From a virus: 26,108 bases of DNA. The notes under the pieces are model-generated. The model was not told the origin of the DNA and searched no databases. It saw only the letters and a program-made list of their open reading frames with translations. A program made the position numbers and the translations under genes. Positions 24,909-26,108 of this stretch are shown piece by piece. Position 1 is the first letter of the stretch; every line of letters starts with the position of its first letter. The stretch lies in IMG/VR virus record IMGVR_UViG_3300016476_000505, positions 1 to 26,108 of that record; one strand, 5' to 3'.

Positions 24909-25919
24909 ATGCCACCACAAAGAACCCACAACAAGTGGAGATTCATTGTGCGTGAAAATGGAAGTAGGAAGTGGAAGTCTTTTGACGACTATGAAACCTG
25001 CTACGCTGAATGGGTTGCGTACCACAACCGCAACAAAGCAACATCACCCACATCAGTAGAAGTTAATTACATTGAACAGTATACTGATGTGGGAACGTTG
25101 TGGGATTATGCCACAAGTAATCCTAGCGTCAAGCGAAAAGACATACCATTTGTTACATTCCCTGCCAATGAATCGTTCGCAATCGTATTCCTCTCTGACT
25201 TGCACATTGGCAACGCCGCAACTGACTATGAGAATCTGCGGCGTGATGCTGAAATCATTCGCACTACTGACAATATGTATGCGTTCTTTCATGGTGATGG
25301 AATTGATAATTGGATTGTAGGAAAGTTACAATCTTTGCAACGAGGGCAATCCATACCGTTCGACAGCGAGATGGCATTGTTCCAAGCGTGGATTACGACC
25401 ATACAACCAAAACTAATAGGTGTAGTAGCAGGGAATCACGATAATTGGACAAAGAAGATGGCAGGGATTGATTACCTAAAGCATATCAGTCCACCATTTG
25501 CCATGTACGATGCAAACGAAGTGATATTTCGGCTGCTTTGGGGAAGTAACAGTAAGACCATTGCCGTTCGTCATAAGTGGCGTGGTACATCAATCCTGAA
25601 CCCTACGCATGGTATGGAGCGTGCAAGTAAGGATATTGATGCGGACATATACGTTGGCGGACATACCCATATCGGTACACTATTCCGTGACTTCGTGGTA
25701 CGTCAACGTGACCGTATTGCAGTGCTGACAGGTACGTACAAAGTGGTTGATTCCTATGGTGATGAATTAGGATTGCCACCACCGCAACATAGTGGGTGTG
25801 GTGCAATCGTCTTTGACCCTGATGGTTCAATGACGGTGATGCGCAACCTGACAGAAGCAGCACGATACTTGGACTTCAAACGTTGCCGTGAAAATGAACA
25901 AGCGAGTACGTATGCGTAA
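24909..25919 (+). CDS. Calcineurin-like metallophosphoesterase with an AP2-like N-terminal extension
   Basis: All metallophosphoesterase (MPE) motifs are present: 'SDLHIG' (DxH), 'HGDGID' (GDxxD), 'AGNHDNW' (GNHD), 'VRHKW' and 'GGHTH' (GHxH). The N-terminal 'NKWRFIVRENGSRKWKSFDDYETCYAEWVAYH' resembles the AP2/integrase-type DNA-binding pattern. The 3' end overlaps the terS start in circular coordinates. Confidence 0.8.
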   Translation: MPPQRTHNKWRFIVRENGSRKWKSFDDYETCYAEWVAYHNRNKATSPTSVEVNYIEQYTDVGTLWDYATSNPSVKRKDIPFVTFPANESFAIVFLSDLHIGNAATDYENLRRDAEIIRTTDNMYAFFHGDGIDNWIVGKLQSLQRGQSIPFDSEMALFQAWITTIQPKLIGVVAGNHDNWTKKMAGIDYLKHISPPFAMYDANEVIFRLLWGSNSKTIAVRHKWRGTSILNPTHGMERASKDIDADIYVGGHTHIGTLFRDFVVRQRDRIAVLTGTYKVVDSYGDELGLPPPQHSGCGAIVFDPDGSMTVMRNLTEAARYLDFKRCRENEQASTYA

Positions 25920-26108
25920 ACCAAGAAGTAAAGCACCACCACTAAAAGAATTAGCGTTGCCCAAAAGCGCAATGCACAAACCACTGCACGAACATGAAAC
26001 GCTTGATGAGGCTGGGATGAGTAAGGTGGTACACAAAGATGGAACGCCCAAAAATCGCACCACCAAAGTACGACCCATTGAAGACGGGAAATCGTATCAG
26101 ACTTGGAT
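25864..26108. repeat. Terminal direct repeat, copy 2. It contains a second, truncated image of the terS 5' end from 25888.
   Basis: Same sequence as 1..245. The terS ATG at 25 corresponds to 25888. Confidence 0.9.

Noticed and set aside
25888-26108. Second copy of terS
   Set aside because: It is part of the 245-bp terminal repeat and is truncated by the window end, so it is the same gene seen twice.

Overview
The window is a complete, gene-dense double-stranded DNA tailed-phage genome with siphovirus-type morphogenesis genes. Bases 1..245 look identical by eye to 25864..26108, so the unit length is 25,863 bp and the genome is circular, circularly permuted or terminally redundant.

There are two convergent transcription blocks.
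- The plus-strand late block starts at a promoter near 23779..23807 and wraps through the window ends to 15523. In order it carries: amidase endolysin, tail-anchored coiled-coil protein, a 58-aa holin-like protein (absent from the ORF track), a metallophosphoesterase with an AP2-like N-terminus, terS, terL, a portal-MuF fusion, two unknowns, a prohead protease-major capsid fusion, connector and neck proteins, two tandem tail-tube paralogs, G/GT chaperones with a canonical -1 slippery site, tape measure, Dit, and three tail-tip proteins.
- The minus-strand early/middle block runs from 23093 down to 15578. A perfect consensus sigma70 promoter drives four unrecognisable ORFs (ORFans) and an SSB-like protein. 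A hairpin and a second promoter follow, then prim-pol/SF3 helicase, a zinc-ribbon protein, a VRR-NUC nuclease, a 78-aa ORFan, dCTP deaminase and a divergent ThyX.

I found no integrase, repressor, DNA polymerase, tRNA or CRISPR array.

The least explained part is the roughly 800-bp non-coding divergent control region (23097..23897). It holds an 80% GC island, a dyad-symmetric array of AATTAAG/CTTAATT sites around a 19% GC core, and a phased array of TTATGTCAA iterons. Orphan iteron copies sit at the terS/terL junction and just upstream of the capsid gene.

Other candidates for new biology are the AP2-like/metallophosphoesterase fusion in the slot where cos phages usually carry an HNH nuclease, the ThyX homolog lacking the RHR motif paired with Dcd, and the early ORFan operon.

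All protein assignments come from motif recognition by eye and synteny, not database searches.
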